A stretch of DNA of 64,000 nucleotides from IMG/VR virus record IMGVR_UViG_3300046314_000658; one strand, given 5' to 3'. The notes under the pieces are model-generated. The model worked only from the letters and a program-made list of their open reading frames with translations. It had not been told where the DNA came from and made no database searches. Origin of the DNA: a virus. Positions 36,782 through 46,813 of this stretch are shown piece after piece. The position numbers were made by a program, and so were the translations under genes. Every line of letters begins with the position of its first letter. The stretch's first letter is position 1.

Positions 36782-37860
36782 CCTTCACAGCTCGAACAAC
36801 TATTATCAATCAGTGATATCATATTCATATCTTCAATCTTCTCCCGCTGTACCTTTGTTGACAACTTTGATGCCTTACCAAGTTTTTCACTGCGGCAGTA
36901 GTACAACCCCTTGAGGCCTTGCTTCCAAGCCATGAAGTGGACAGCATGTAGGTACTTCACATTAACGTCAGGCGCAAAGAATGTGTTAACTGATTGTCCT
37001 TGATCAATAAATTCCTGGCGTTTTGCAGCATGATCGATGATCCACATTTGGTCAATTTCAAGAGCTGTTTTGAATACATCCTTTGTATTCTGATCCATCC
37101 ACTTAATATGCTGAACTGAGCCTTCATTCGCAAGAATGTCGCGCCACACATCATCGTAATCATCACCAGTTTGCTCACAATGTGCCTTAATAATTTTATC
37201 AAGATAGCGATTGCGGTTCGTGTATGCACCAGACAGAGTATCTTGACGATACACATTAGCTTTATACGGCTCAATAGATGGTGAACAGTTTCCCATTAAA
37301 ATTGAAGAGCTAGCATTGGGCGCGCAGGCCATTACGTGTGTAAAACGACGTTGAGGCGCATTCAACCCATTCGCCTCAATATAATCAAGATTGCTACCAC
37401 GCTCGGCACCAAGTTCAGCATTAGCGATATCAAGCTGCGTACGAATGTGCTTAAAGATGCGGATATTTGCACCAGTTGCCATTGCGCTCTCGAATGGAAT
37501 CATATGTTTTTGGAAGTATGAGTGCAATCCAAGTAAGCCAACACCAATTGAGCGTTCACGCATTGCAGAGAATCTCGCACGAGAGATCGTATCAGGTGCG
37601 TCATCAATGAACTTTTGCAGAACATTATCAAGCATTTCTGCGACGTCTTTTAGGAATAGCTTATCATTCTTCCATTCGTCAAAATACTCTGCATTAACTG
37701 AACTCAAACAACACACAGCAGTACGGTTTTCATCAGTGACCAAGTGAATTTCATTACAGTTGTGAACAAGCACGTTGTTTGCAAAAAATGATTCCGTGTC
37801 AGGTACCGAGATATCATACACAACTGTTGTTGGTACTTGAATTTTTCTTATCTTTAACAT
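36778..37860 (-). CDS. nrdA: Split-intein IntC (34 aa) plus RNR class Ia alpha subunit C-fragment
   Basis: MLKIRKI..VYDISV..FFANNVLVHN|CNEI; AVCCLSS, APNASSS, DQGQS, LYYCR, terminal CSSCEG. Confidence 0.92.
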   Translation of the reverse strand: MLKIRKIQVPTTVVYDISVPDTESFFANNVLVHNCNEIHLVTDENRTAVCCLSSVNAEYFDEWKNDKLFLKDVAEMLDNVLQKFIDDAPDTISRARFSAMRERSIGVGLLGLHSYFQKHMIPFESAMATGANIRIFKHIRTQLDIANAELGAERGSNLDYIEANGLNAPQRRFTHVMACAPNASSSILMGNCSPSIEPYKANVYRQDTLSGAYTNRNRYLDKIIKAHCEQTGDDYDDVWRDILANEGSVQHIKWMDQNTKDVFKTALEIDQMWIIDHAAKRQEFIDQGQSVNTFFAPDVNVKYLHAVHFMAWKQGLKGLYYCRSEKLGKASKLSTKVQREKIEDMNMISLIDNSCSSCEG

Positions 37861-37906
37861 TTTGGTTTTCCTAATTTAAGCGTTGAGATTGATGAACTCT
37901 ATAGTA

Positions 37907-39061
37907 TCAAATTTCCAATAATTCGTCAGTATCGGTTAAATGCTGAGCTTGAACAAAACCTCTGTTTCGAGTATAAATTTGGTGTTCAGGTGTACACTTA
38001 ATTACGTTGCCGGTTGGAGTTTCAATCTCATACAGCTCAGTAGCAGTTCCAGTTGCAGCTGCTGCTGTTACATCAGACCAGCCTTGCTGATCATTTACAG
38101 AGGTTTTAACCTTGACTCCCGGTAGATAACCTAGTTGAAAATTATTAACAAATTCTTCAAGATTGCATTTTGATACTTTGCCATCCATCGTCATTATTTC
38201 AATTTCTGTATCCCCAACCAAGCACAAGTTCGACCCTTTTACAGTCAGTCCGAGCTTCTTTTGATGTTCTGGAAGTGCGTTATTAACTGTATCGATGAAA
38301 TTGAGGTACGGTTCACCTGTTTCCATGCGAAGAATCAATAACTTTTGCCACAGAGCCTTTGCAGATACTACTTCACGAACTTCTTTTGACGCTGGATCAA
38401 TCAATTCCCACGAATCATCAACAGTTGGATCAGCCATCGATTTCTCGATCAACTCCATAAACTTATCGCTAATATTAATAGCATTATGTAAGTTAAGGCA
38501 GCGCGTATTTTGATCACCAGTTGGTTTACGCATCTCCAAGAATTCGATTACATCTGGGTGACTAATATCCAAGTACATCGCATATGACCCACGTCGCGTA
38601 TGTCCTTGTTTATACGCCATAGATGATGCGTCGTATGTTTTCATATGAGGCATGATGCCAACTGACTTATCATCAACAGCACGAATACCAACGTGAACAC
38701 CAACGCCACCACCCATCATCGAAAGCCAATTTACCTCAGATAGTGTATCTACCAAACCTGTAGATGAATCAGGCAAAAAGCTAAGGAAGCAGCTTACACC
38801 AAGTCCACGCTTGTTTCGACCATATGCTAATATAGGGGTTGAGTAGCTCAACCAATGCTTGCTGGAGTAGTCATACAAACGTTGAGCATGTGTTGGATTA
38901 GATGCGAATGCGTTACTAACGTACGCAAACCGTTCCTGGGGTGAAACTTCATGTTCCATCATATACGAATCTTTAAGTCGCTCGAGGCCGAGACTATCAA
39001 ACAAACTATCCCTCGAATAGTCAACTGTAATGCCGTGTAGTGTGGTTGGGAGATCTATCAC
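37907..39061 (-). CDS. nrdA: RNR class Ia alpha subunit N-fragment (no ATP cone) plus split-intein IntN (105 aa)
   Basis: STPIL, VSCFL, GGGVG, RRGSYA, TGEPY, GSNL|CLVGDTEI; block B CTPEH. Cys1 at 38224. Confidence 0.92.
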   Translation of the reverse strand: MIDLPTTLHGITVDYSRDSLFDSLGLERLKDSYMMEHEVSPQERFAYVSNAFASNPTHAQRLYDYSSKHWLSYSTPILAYGRNKRGLGVSCFLSFLPDSSTGLVDTLSEVNWLSMMGGGVGVHVGIRAVDDKSVGIMPHMKTYDASSMAYKQGHTRRGSYAMYLDISHPDVIEFLEMRKPTGDQNTRCLNLHNAINISDKFMELIEKSMADPTVDDSWELIDPASKEVREVVSAKALWQKLLILRMETGEPYLNFIDTVNNALPEHQKKLGLTVKGSNLCLVGDTEIEIMTMDGKVSKCNLEEFVNNFQLGYLPGVKVKTSVNDQQGWSDVTAAAATGTATELYEIETPTGNVIKCTPEHQIYTRNRGFVQAQHLTDTDELLEI

Positions 39062-39261
39062 TTATTGTCCTTTTGAATAGTGTCGACAGAGCGTTAAGCT
39101 CAGTTTAAATGTCGAAAATGTCGGTTGTTTATTTAGTAGCTCAACTGTCGAAGATAGAGTAAAAAATCAATGTTTACAACAAAATATATTTCCGCTAAAT
39201 TCAGATGGTAGTCGAACAATATCGACTATATCTAATCAACAATTACTCAAAAAGGTGCTAT

Positions 39262-39597
39262 ATGGCAACAGAAGTACAAACTCAGCAAGCATCGTACGAT
39301 CCAGTTACTGCGATGACGAACAAACTCTCCGCAACATTTCGTGGTGTTACGAAACAAATTCCGTTTACACACCCAATGCTCAAGCGATTGCAAACACACT
39401 TTACGTATTTCATCGATGAAATTCAACGTGGGCCAGAATACGACCAGAATAAATTGGGGTTTTTCGTTTTGAAGTGGGTCCAAAAGGTTGGTGAAGCACT
39501 ACAATTGGACGCCGCAGATGCAGAGATTGATATTGAACTAGAACGTTTATTGAAAGCGACATATGTACACAATAATTTCTACATAAGTGCTGCGTAA
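39262..39597 (+). CDS. Hypothetical protein
   Basis: Start MATEVQ with SD AAGGT; upstream TTTACA-17-TAAATT (39173-39201). Confidence 0.6.
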   Translation: MATEVQTQQASYDPVTAMTNKLSATFRGVTKQIPFTHPMLKRLQTHFTYFIDEIQRGPEYDQNKLGFFVLKWVQKVGEALQLDAADAEIDIELERLLKATYVHNNFYISAA

Positions 39598-39615
39598 ATT
39601 ACTCAACCACTATCT

Positions 39616-39641
39616 AAAAAGCCACCTTGAGTGGCTTTTTT
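39616..39641. terminator. Bidirectional intrinsic terminator
   Basis: AAAAA-GCCAC-cttga-GTGGC-TTTTTT between convergent genes. Confidence 0.85.
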
Positions 39642-39651
39642 CACATTAATA

Positions 39652-40758
39652 CTATGTACTGAGGGTGCGTAATGTTCCAGCAGCGTAATTCAAATAACTC
39701 GATTGTTCTGCGGTAAGTGTTGATTGTGCAGCCTGCGCAAGTGCTGCTGCTACATTGGTAGCACCTTGTTTCAGTTGTTCTGTTGTCTTACGCGTCGAAT
39801 CAGATGCAGATGCACCCGCGTTTGCTACGGCTGTCGTTTGAGTATTTTGGTTACCAGGTCCACCACTTGTAGCAGATAAATCACGACGCAGATAGTACGA
39901 CGGGGCACCAGCATTTGAATTATTCGAGGTAACCAATTGAGATATTTCTGTGGTCATCTTTCCTGTATCTGATGTCAAGTAGTCGTACCCGAAACTTAGT
40001 TTAAGCATGGTAACATCTTCACCAGCTGTCATATCCAAATCATCCAAATCCATAGACAACAACCTCGGATTCATAAATGTGAACGTGTTCACAGCCTCAC
40101 CATACAAGTGTACGTGGTGAATCTTAATTGATTTAAAAATAGAGACTGCACTGCCAACAGCAACTTGAGATCTTGCTAGTTTTTCTCCAGGATATCCAGA
40201 CGATTGTGCGTACACATTAGGTCGGTATTCACTGGTACCATTCTCTTGAACTGATATGCCTCTTGAAGTGGTATTAATATTAGTGATAGTGCCCTGTCCC
40301 GTTCTAAAATCATATTGACGCTGATCGACGGTAGCACTATTACTAATATTTGTGATCGGACTCATCAATCTTAGTACGTTTGTAAAAAATTGCATTGCAC
40401 TATTATCATTGTCGTCAATGAATGATAAATTGATTGGCTCGAAGCTAGTTTTCGTTAAAACTCCCTTGCGGATGCCGTACTCATTAAACTCTTGGTGCTC
40501 AAATTTTAGTTTTGGTCGTGATGCTGTTTGGGTTAATAAAGCAAATCGTGCCATGTCAGCAATTCCGACGTAAAACGGGTGAATATCAATCTCAGTAATG
40601 AATAAGAACTTGTGTTTAGGACTATTCTCCCAACGCGCGAGATCTTTTGCATATGCAGAGACGTCACGAACCATTGGCCCTGAAAAATTACCTGGAGCAT
40701 GTGTTGATATATCCCGCTGTGTAACAGGAGGTGGTTGGTAGTTGCGTGGATCAGACAT
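39652..40758 (-). CDS. Tail tube / tube-initiator protein (gp19/gp54-like)
   Basis: PKHKFLF, RPKLKFE, FEPINLSFIDD, NPRLLSMDLDDLD, FGYD. Confidence 0.7.
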   Translation of the reverse strand: MSDPRNYQPPPVTQRDISTHAPGNFSGPMVRDVSAYAKDLARWENSPKHKFLFITEIDIHPFYVGIADMARFALLTQTASRPKLKFEHQEFNEYGIRKGVLTKTSFEPINLSFIDDNDNSAMQFFTNVLRLMSPITNISNSATVDQRQYDFRTGQGTITNINTTSRGISVQENGTSEYRPNVYAQSSGYPGEKLARSQVAVGSAVSIFKSIKIHHVHLYGEAVNTFTFMNPRLLSMDLDDLDMTAGEDVTMLKLSFGYDYLTSDTGKMTTEISQLVTSNNSNAGAPSYYLRRDLSATSGGPGNQNTQTTAVANAGASASDSTRKTTEQLKQGATNVAAALAQAAQSTLTAEQSSYLNYAAGTLRTLST

Positions 40759-40766
40759 AATTCTAT

Positions 40767-42320
40767 TTATCGGCGCCAGTTGGGTCCGCGTGTTTTATGC
40801 TCACGACCAACATCTGGATCGTTATATGGATATCTTGGTTCGTGAGTGTTATCAGACTTCGTACCAGTACGAGCCCACGGCTCGTGGAGTGGGTACCGAT
40901 TGGTGAAGAATGCAGGATCTGGTGATGCAGAGGTTGCATCTGCTGCTGATGTAGCTGAGGCAGCACTTGGGCCATTCATATGAATTTGCGCACCAGTTTC
41001 AATGATGTTGCCGCCAGCTAGTGTGTTGTTTGCACCGCCTGATTGCTCGTTGAGATCTCCAGATGCTTTTGTCTCATGATTACCACCCGCTGTTTCCAGA
41101 ATATTACCTGCTGCCTTTATTTCAATGTTACTAGCTGATTGTTGGTGTATATTGCCTCCCACGTTCGTATGGTGATCGCCAATGGTAGTTTCAAAAATAT
41201 GTCCCCCAGCTTTAGTGTCAATGTCGCTACCGGCTGTAGTTTGGATTTTAGTACCCGCCTGAATGCAAACATCTCGATCACTCTTGATGTGCACTCCTGT
41301 TTTACCATACAATCGAATCGTTTCTTCTGCAGTTAGATTGATATGTCTTGCAGTTGCAGATATCTTTTCACTGCTGTATATGTCAATACACCCATCTTCA
41401 TCAATCTCAATCCAGTTATTACCTTTTGCCGTGTTGATGTAAATGCGTTCGTTTGTGTCATCCATTATAATTTGATGGCCTGCACTAGTACGGAGTTTAA
41501 TTCGACAGTTCACCTTACGATCATCTAGAGATATTGAGTGAAATCCAGGTGTCGTCCACGAGTATGTTTGGTTATCATTCGCACCTTCATTGTCGCGACT
41601 CTGTACCATACCCTGAACAATGTGAATCGTAGTTCCATCTTCTTGAGTGAAATCTACATTACTATCGTCTTCAACATAGCAGGGACTTGGTTGGTAACTT
41701 GCATCACCGATAATTGCTGTATTTTGAAAATCTGCGCCACGGGTACGCCATTCAAAATTACCAAATCGAGTCTTGAAAGCAGATGTTTGATTATCAAATA
41801 GAGGTTGAATCGGATTTTCAGTTGCTGTAACTGGACCATAAGGTGCACCACCTGGATGTGGAATTGTCCCGTCCTGATCTTGGTAGAAGTACCTACCGTG
41901 TGGAAGCGTATTAACAACATACTGTTCATACACAGTACCGATCCACACGCGTTGAGCGGGATTACCATTAATGCACATTACACCAACAATTGCACCACGT
42001 TTGGGAATAGCCCACATACCATACGTGACGGGGCCATGTGAGTATGTATCATCAGGGCCACGAGATTGATCACTTTCAGTAATTCCACCAAATGGTGCCA
42101 TGTATGTGCATGGTGGCAAGTTAGTAAAATCTGAGGGGTTTAAGTCAGGTGGATCACCAAGGTCGGGACACAACACAAATAGTCGCCCCATTTGTTGTGG
42201 ATCATCAGTACTAACTACTCTACCGAGTGTTACACCATAAAACGAAGCACCACGAAGTCCTGCGGTTTCATTAAATGATCGAGCACGTTCACGAAGAACA
42301 TCATCATGTAGATTACTCAT
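40767..42320 (-). CDS. Baseplate spike (gp5/VgrG-like OB fold plus beta-helix), no lysozyme domain
   Basis: GRVVSTDDPQQMGRL, YGMWAIP, TSAGHQIIMDD; 8-residue GG.I.E repeats. Confidence 0.8.
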   Translation of the reverse strand: MSNLHDDVLRERARSFNETAGLRGASFYGVTLGRVVSTDDPQQMGRLFVLCPDLGDPPDLNPSDFTNLPPCTYMAPFGGITESDQSRGPDDTYSHGPVTYGMWAIPKRGAIVGVMCINGNPAQRVWIGTVYEQYVVNTLPHGRYFYQDQDGTIPHPGGAPYGPVTATENPIQPLFDNQTSAFKTRFGNFEWRTRGADFQNTAIIGDASYQPSPCYVEDDSNVDFTQEDGTTIHIVQGMVQSRDNEGANDNQTYSWTTPGFHSISLDDRKVNCRIKLRTSAGHQIIMDDTNERIYINTAKGNNWIEIDEDGCIDIYSSEKISATARHINLTAEETIRLYGKTGVHIKSDRDVCIQAGTKIQTTAGSDIDTKAGGHIFETTIGDHHTNVGGNIHQQSASNIEIKAAGNILETAGGNHETKASGDLNEQSGGANNTLAGGNIIETGAQIHMNGPSAASATSAADATSASPDPAFFTNRYPLHEPWARTGTKSDNTHEPRYPYNDPDVGREHKTRGPNWRR

Positions 42321-42322
42321 GG

Positions 42323-44722
42323 TTATCCTTTATAGGGTAAGTATTGACCCTTGACACCACGCCAATGCAATGCTGTGCGTACATTGGCTGATGCTGTACG
42401 AGATACGGAGAGATGCACCCATGGGTTACCATTCGACGGCTCCTCTAAAATCAATCGCTTAAACGGAACTTTCATCGCAATGATTGCATCTACAAGTTGT
42501 TTTGGTGTGAATTTTGACGAGGTAAAGTCAACAGCTTCACCTAACATATGATCACTATTTGCAGCACCTCCAACCACACGGTTGACCGCAGCACTACGAT
42601 ATCCACTAGAAACAATAACGGAAATATTCAGAGCATCTTGAATACCTTGTAACACAGCTGCAAGATTAGTTACATTATCCAGAATAGTCTGTGTTGGTGG
42701 TTGGTTTTGACCAGGCGTGGCGTATCGAGATGCGGTGAATGTGCCAAGTGTGAAACTTCGCGTCAACTGCGTTGCATTAGATACCGTAGATATAGTGGGT
42801 TGTGTATTAGTTGAGCCAACAACAAAAGGTTTACTTGATACAGGTACTGGCGTCACCGACTGTGCACCACGACCCTCTGGTGGAATGCTACCAGATGTAG
42901 ACTCAGTAACCGATTGAGCGTTAATTTGAGCATAGTTAGTAATCAACAAATCAAGTGTAGTTGTAAATCCACCACTATTGTCGAACGAATTCGATACCTT
43001 TTGCACGCGCCACAAACCTTGGTACCAGAATTTTTCATACTTTTGTGGACCCGCATTTTGATATACGGTAGATGAAGAAGATGGCATTTTAATATTGAGG
43101 TACACATCCGGAATTTCATCAACAAACGTGAGGGACGCTGTTGTGGCAACGCTGTATGGATTTTTTGCAAACATTGATAACCATCCAGAGTGACCACGGG
43201 TGCGTACCACAGCTCCCATCTTAGCCGAACCTTGTGACCACACTCTAGCATACATCGCATCATTTTGCTCTTTGAGTACGGACAACTCTTGGCCACCCGA
43301 TCTAGTTTGATTTGAGCTTGCACCTGGACCCACTGCAGCCCTAGCTCCAGCTGTATCACCACCAGTTGGTGTAGCTACTGTAGCTGACGGAGTTGCACCT
43401 GTAGTAACAGTAGTACCCACTCGATACCGATCACTTATAGTTTGTATATTCGTTATCGTTTGAAAGTAAGACATACCTTCATCAATCTGCATATCGAATG
43501 ATTCTATATCTACATTTTTCCCCGTGAAAGTGTAATCATAAATCACAACACCAGGTGTATCTATCAATGCATTTTCAGCATCAGTGGCAGCCACCATATC
43601 ATCAACAACATCTCTACGAATATTAAAGTAGTGTGGGACAATACGATACACAATGTCAGTACTATCACCACTTGATGCAAACGATGTTACGACACGATAG
43701 TAAAAAGAATCAACAGTATTTGCTGTAGCTTGCTTTAAGTATTCGGCACACGAATCGAAAATGTATTGAATGGCACCATCGAGTGCAACATTAGGTGGAA
43801 CCAACGTTGGTTGATTACCACCAGCTGCGCTTTGTCGCGCATTTCTCATCGAATCAGTAGACCACCCACGTACCTGTTGGATTGATTCATCAATAATGAT
43901 TCTATACTTGATCGGATGTTTATTTGTTGCGATATCTGACGAGAGTCGGTTGAAATTTGCAACAGCATCTTCCGTATATCGATTTGCCACCAAGTCTAAC
44001 ATATCTTGTATACTGCCACCACCTTGCACCAAGATGCCACTAGACGATGAAGATAGTGCAGGCATGTGAGCAATTCCACCAACACAGTTACTGAATATTG
44101 CGGTGTATGTAGAACCTAACTCTGTAACCCCAATCTTGAAGTTAGTTATAGTACCATACACAGGGGGAATATCAAGGATGGTGTCAATACGCGCAGGTTG
44201 TCCACCAATTGAATGTGTTTCACCAACAAATACGGTCTTGATAATCGTCAACAACCCTTCAGCTGTCGTATTTAATTCTGTACAAATGGCGCGATATACA
44301 TTGAGAAATTTAACTCCGTGAGGTTCCTTGATTACAATCTCACCATTTAAACCAATTAATGCTTGTGATCCTGTTGAAATTGGAGTACCTTGCACGACAG
44401 TTTCTAGTACCAATGAATCTACAACAAAATCAACATCTTGCATACCATTACACAAAACGAAGTAGCTGTCTAGTGTATCACCTGAATCACTAACTGCAAG
44501 CGCCACTCGATACCCATCTTCATTCTTTGGAGTTGGAGTATTGATTAGTTTTAATACTTCTGCATTATTTTCAAATATTGGTGCGACATTTTGAAGTCCA
44601 TTTGTAGCACATACAGCCAATATGTGATAATACGAGTATGAACGAAACTTATCCAGCTGGTTTCCGTACAGAGCACGCAACCGCAGCGCGTCGCGCTCTG
44701 TCGTTTGTTTTGGTATACGCAT
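42323..44722 (-). CDS. Baseplate hub-like protein with C-terminal peptidase M15A domain
   Basis: YDYTFTGKNVDI, YQGLWRVQKV; C-terminal SSGYRS..N..VGGAANSDH..GEAVD..WVH. Confidence 0.75.
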   Translation of the reverse strand: MRIPKQTTERDALRLRALYGNQLDKFRSYSYYHILAVCATNGLQNVAPIFENNAEVLKLINTPTPKNEDGYRVALAVSDSGDTLDSYFVLCNGMQDVDFVVDSLVLETVVQGTPISTGSQALIGLNGEIVIKEPHGVKFLNVYRAICTELNTTAEGLLTIIKTVFVGETHSIGGQPARIDTILDIPPVYGTITNFKIGVTELGSTYTAIFSNCVGGIAHMPALSSSSSGILVQGGGSIQDMLDLVANRYTEDAVANFNRLSSDIATNKHPIKYRIIIDESIQQVRGWSTDSMRNARQSAAGGNQPTLVPPNVALDGAIQYIFDSCAEYLKQATANTVDSFYYRVVTSFASSGDSTDIVYRIVPHYFNIRRDVVDDMVAATDAENALIDTPGVVIYDYTFTGKNVDIESFDMQIDEGMSYFQTITNIQTISDRYRVGTTVTTGATPSATVATPTGGDTAGARAAVGPGASSNQTRSGGQELSVLKEQNDAMYARVWSQGSAKMGAVVRTRGHSGWLSMFAKNPYSVATTASLTFVDEIPDVYLNIKMPSSSSTVYQNAGPQKYEKFWYQGLWRVQKVSNSFDNSGGFTTTLDLLITNYAQINAQSVTESTSGSIPPEGRGAQSVTPVPVSSKPFVVGSTNTQPTISTVSNATQLTRSFTLGTFTASRYATPGQNQPPTQTILDNVTNLAAVLQGIQDALNISVIVSSGYRSAAVNRVVGGAANSDHMLGEAVDFTSSKFTPKQLVDAIIAMKVPFKRLILEEPSNGNPWVHLSVSRTASANVRTALHWRGVKGQYLPYKG

Positions 44723-44725
44723 TGG

Positions 44726-45001
44726 TTATGTTACTCTTGATGGGTGTGGCATTACAAGAACTTTACCTGGATACAACTCTGCAACAGGATCAATGATATT
44801 ATTATATTGTAGTACCAACCAACCAAGTGAATCATCACCATACAACTGATAGGTAATAATATTCAATCGAGTGCGAGTTTGCTCAGTTAGCTTGATTGTA
44901 ATATCATCTGAGCGATGATCGAATTGCTTGCGAGTCCATACTCCTACCCCAACAGCGTTTGAGGTAGTAGTGCCACCGAATGTATAACGAGTCTTTGTCA
45001 T
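44726..45001 (-). CDS. Baseplate wedge protein (gp53/LysM-like)
   Basis: RLNIITYQLYGDDSLGWLVLQYNNIIDP. Confidence 0.75.
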   Translation of the reverse strand: MTKTRYTFGGTTTSNAVGVGVWTRKQFDHRSDDITIKLTEQTRTRLNIITYQLYGDDSLGWLVLQYNNIIDPVAELYPGKVLVMPHPSRVT

Positions 45002-45005
45002 GTTG

Positions 45006-46811
45006 TTACCAGCCTATTAACTTACCAGCTTTAAAATCAGCCAGAGAGAATTGCTCAATTTCATACGGAGCTTTTGTTTCTTTTAGTTCTAGTGCGATCG
45101 TCATAACCGTTGGGAATGGCACACCATCGAGTGTTGGTATATAGTCAACATCATTTGGGTAGTTAAATCCTACTGAGGCAACACATACCGGAACTCGACG
45201 GATATTTTGAACTGTATTTGTTGCTGTAATACCATCTTCACTATATCCATAAAAATACAACACCGGTGGAGGTGAACCGATACTGCTATTCAACACTTCA
45301 TTACTTGGAGTATTCGCATTTGCAGCAGATGGTGTAATCGGAGTAGTCTGCGTCGCAATTGTGGTAGAATCCAACAGTCGCGTAGTAGCTGCACCTAATT
45401 GCTTGCCATCAATTTTGGATATATTAGTTGCAGTTTTGGATAGGATAGGATTGACAACTGCTGCTGTTACAGACGCAGCGGTGCAGACAGAGGCTGCAGC
45501 AGTTGTAGGTAGATTAGAAACAGACAATAAAGTACCATTCATCGGATCGAAAGTGTTGAGAGCGTAATCAATGTACTCAACAGGTACAGGAGCTGGGTGG
45601 CGACGAAGAAGTTTAGATATTTCTGAAGCGTTCGCAACAGCACTTGCTGCATCTATAGCTCTTTGTTCACGCGCAAGTATGCGTTTTGCTGCAATTTGCG
45701 CAGATTCAGATGTTGGTTCACTACCAAAATCAGATTGGTTTGGACCTTGGGTATGTGATCGACCAAAATACGGCTTAGTCCACGAGCGCAATAGAGTCAA
45801 CATCTGTAAGTTGTGTTGAGCTTCTGATGCATTGCGAGAGATTAGTTTAATATCGCTAACCGAGAATGTTCTAGCCGGACTATTCTTATATGCTAGTATA
45901 TGTCCCGGAGCATGTAGTGGTGAAAATTCCGAATACTGTGCTGATTCCGATATGTTGATAATCGGTTGTGTCTTAAACACAAACAACTCACTTGCATTAA
46001 TTGACGATTCTAAATATACCTTGTACGTATGTGGTTGTGGCAGTCCTTCATTCCCAATAGAGTTGTTAGTTACTGTTGTTGGTGTATTGGGAGGTTGTAG
46101 CCGAATTCCTTGTTGTATAGCTTGAGTCGCTCGTTGAACCGACTCGGGAGATGTTGAAGATGTTGATCCACCAATTAAGTCGATTACTGATTTAATAGTA
46201 CCTGCTTGTTTAACTTCTGGAAGATTGTCAAACGTTGAGTGAAAACTATTAAGTACTGCTGTCCCAAACACAGCGTATTGCTGTGCATTTAGAATTGCGG
46301 TACCATATTTTTGTACCACAGAATTCTTGCCGAGATTAATGGCTGAGTTTGCAAGCACTGCTAACCCCGACGATAGAGGACCAGAATTTGCACTGACCCC
46401 AAATGTAGGGGATGTTGATGCAATAAACCCACGAATGCCAGAAAATAAACGAGTTGCTACATTACCTCGATATTGATTGGATCCGATATCAGTATCCCCC
46501 GTTTGAGTTCGAGATGTCTGCAAGACTGTAGCAATTGTCCCACTAACTGCACTACGGACTGCCGCCTGGTATCCGCTTGGCATTCCAAGCGTTTGTGAAC
46601 CAGATGCTATTGCATCAACCACACCAGATGGTGGTAGCACAGCAGCATTGCGCTGCTGTGGTTGGTTATATGATGAACGATTATCGTATGCAGTTGACGC
46701 AGGAGTTGGTTGCCTACGCGGTGCTTGCACACCGTCTACAGAGGTTTGGGCATTGGGGTTGTTGAGGATGGTCTCGAGCAACGAGCCTGACGGAAGTAAT
46801 TTAATACCCAT
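45006..46811 (-). CDS. Baseplate/tube cap protein (gp48-like)
   Basis: FKTQPIINISESAQY, YKNSP, PPPVLYFYGY, VPVCV..YPNDVDYI; position in the baseplate cluster. Confidence 0.6.
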   Translation of the reverse strand: MGIKLLPSGSLLETILNNPNAQTSVDGVQAPRRQPTPASTAYDNRSSYNQPQQRNAAVLPPSGVVDAIASGSQTLGMPSGYQAAVRSAVSGTIATVLQTSRTQTGDTDIGSNQYRGNVATRLFSGIRGFIASTSPTFGVSANSGPLSSGLAVLANSAINLGKNSVVQKYGTAILNAQQYAVFGTAVLNSFHSTFDNLPEVKQAGTIKSVIDLIGGSTSSTSPESVQRATQAIQQGIRLQPPNTPTTVTNNSIGNEGLPQPHTYKVYLESSINASELFVFKTQPIINISESAQYSEFSPLHAPGHILAYKNSPARTFSVSDIKLISRNASEAQHNLQMLTLLRSWTKPYFGRSHTQGPNQSDFGSEPTSESAQIAAKRILAREQRAIDAASAVANASEISKLLRRHPAPVPVEYIDYALNTFDPMNGTLLSVSNLPTTAAASVCTAASVTAAVVNPILSKTATNISKIDGKQLGAATTRLLDSTTIATQTTPITPSAANANTPSNEVLNSSIGSPPPVLYFYGYSEDGITATNTVQNIRRVPVCVASVGFNYPNDVDYIPTLDGVPFPTVMTIALELKETKAPYEIEQFSLADFKAGKLIGW

Positions 46812-46813
46812 GG

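Noticed and set aside
37861-37909. Stop-codon read-through or recoding joining the nrdA halves
   Set aside because: The halves are in different frames, a second in-frame stop (TAG) lies in the gap, and TAA, TAG and TGA all end genes normally elsewhere.
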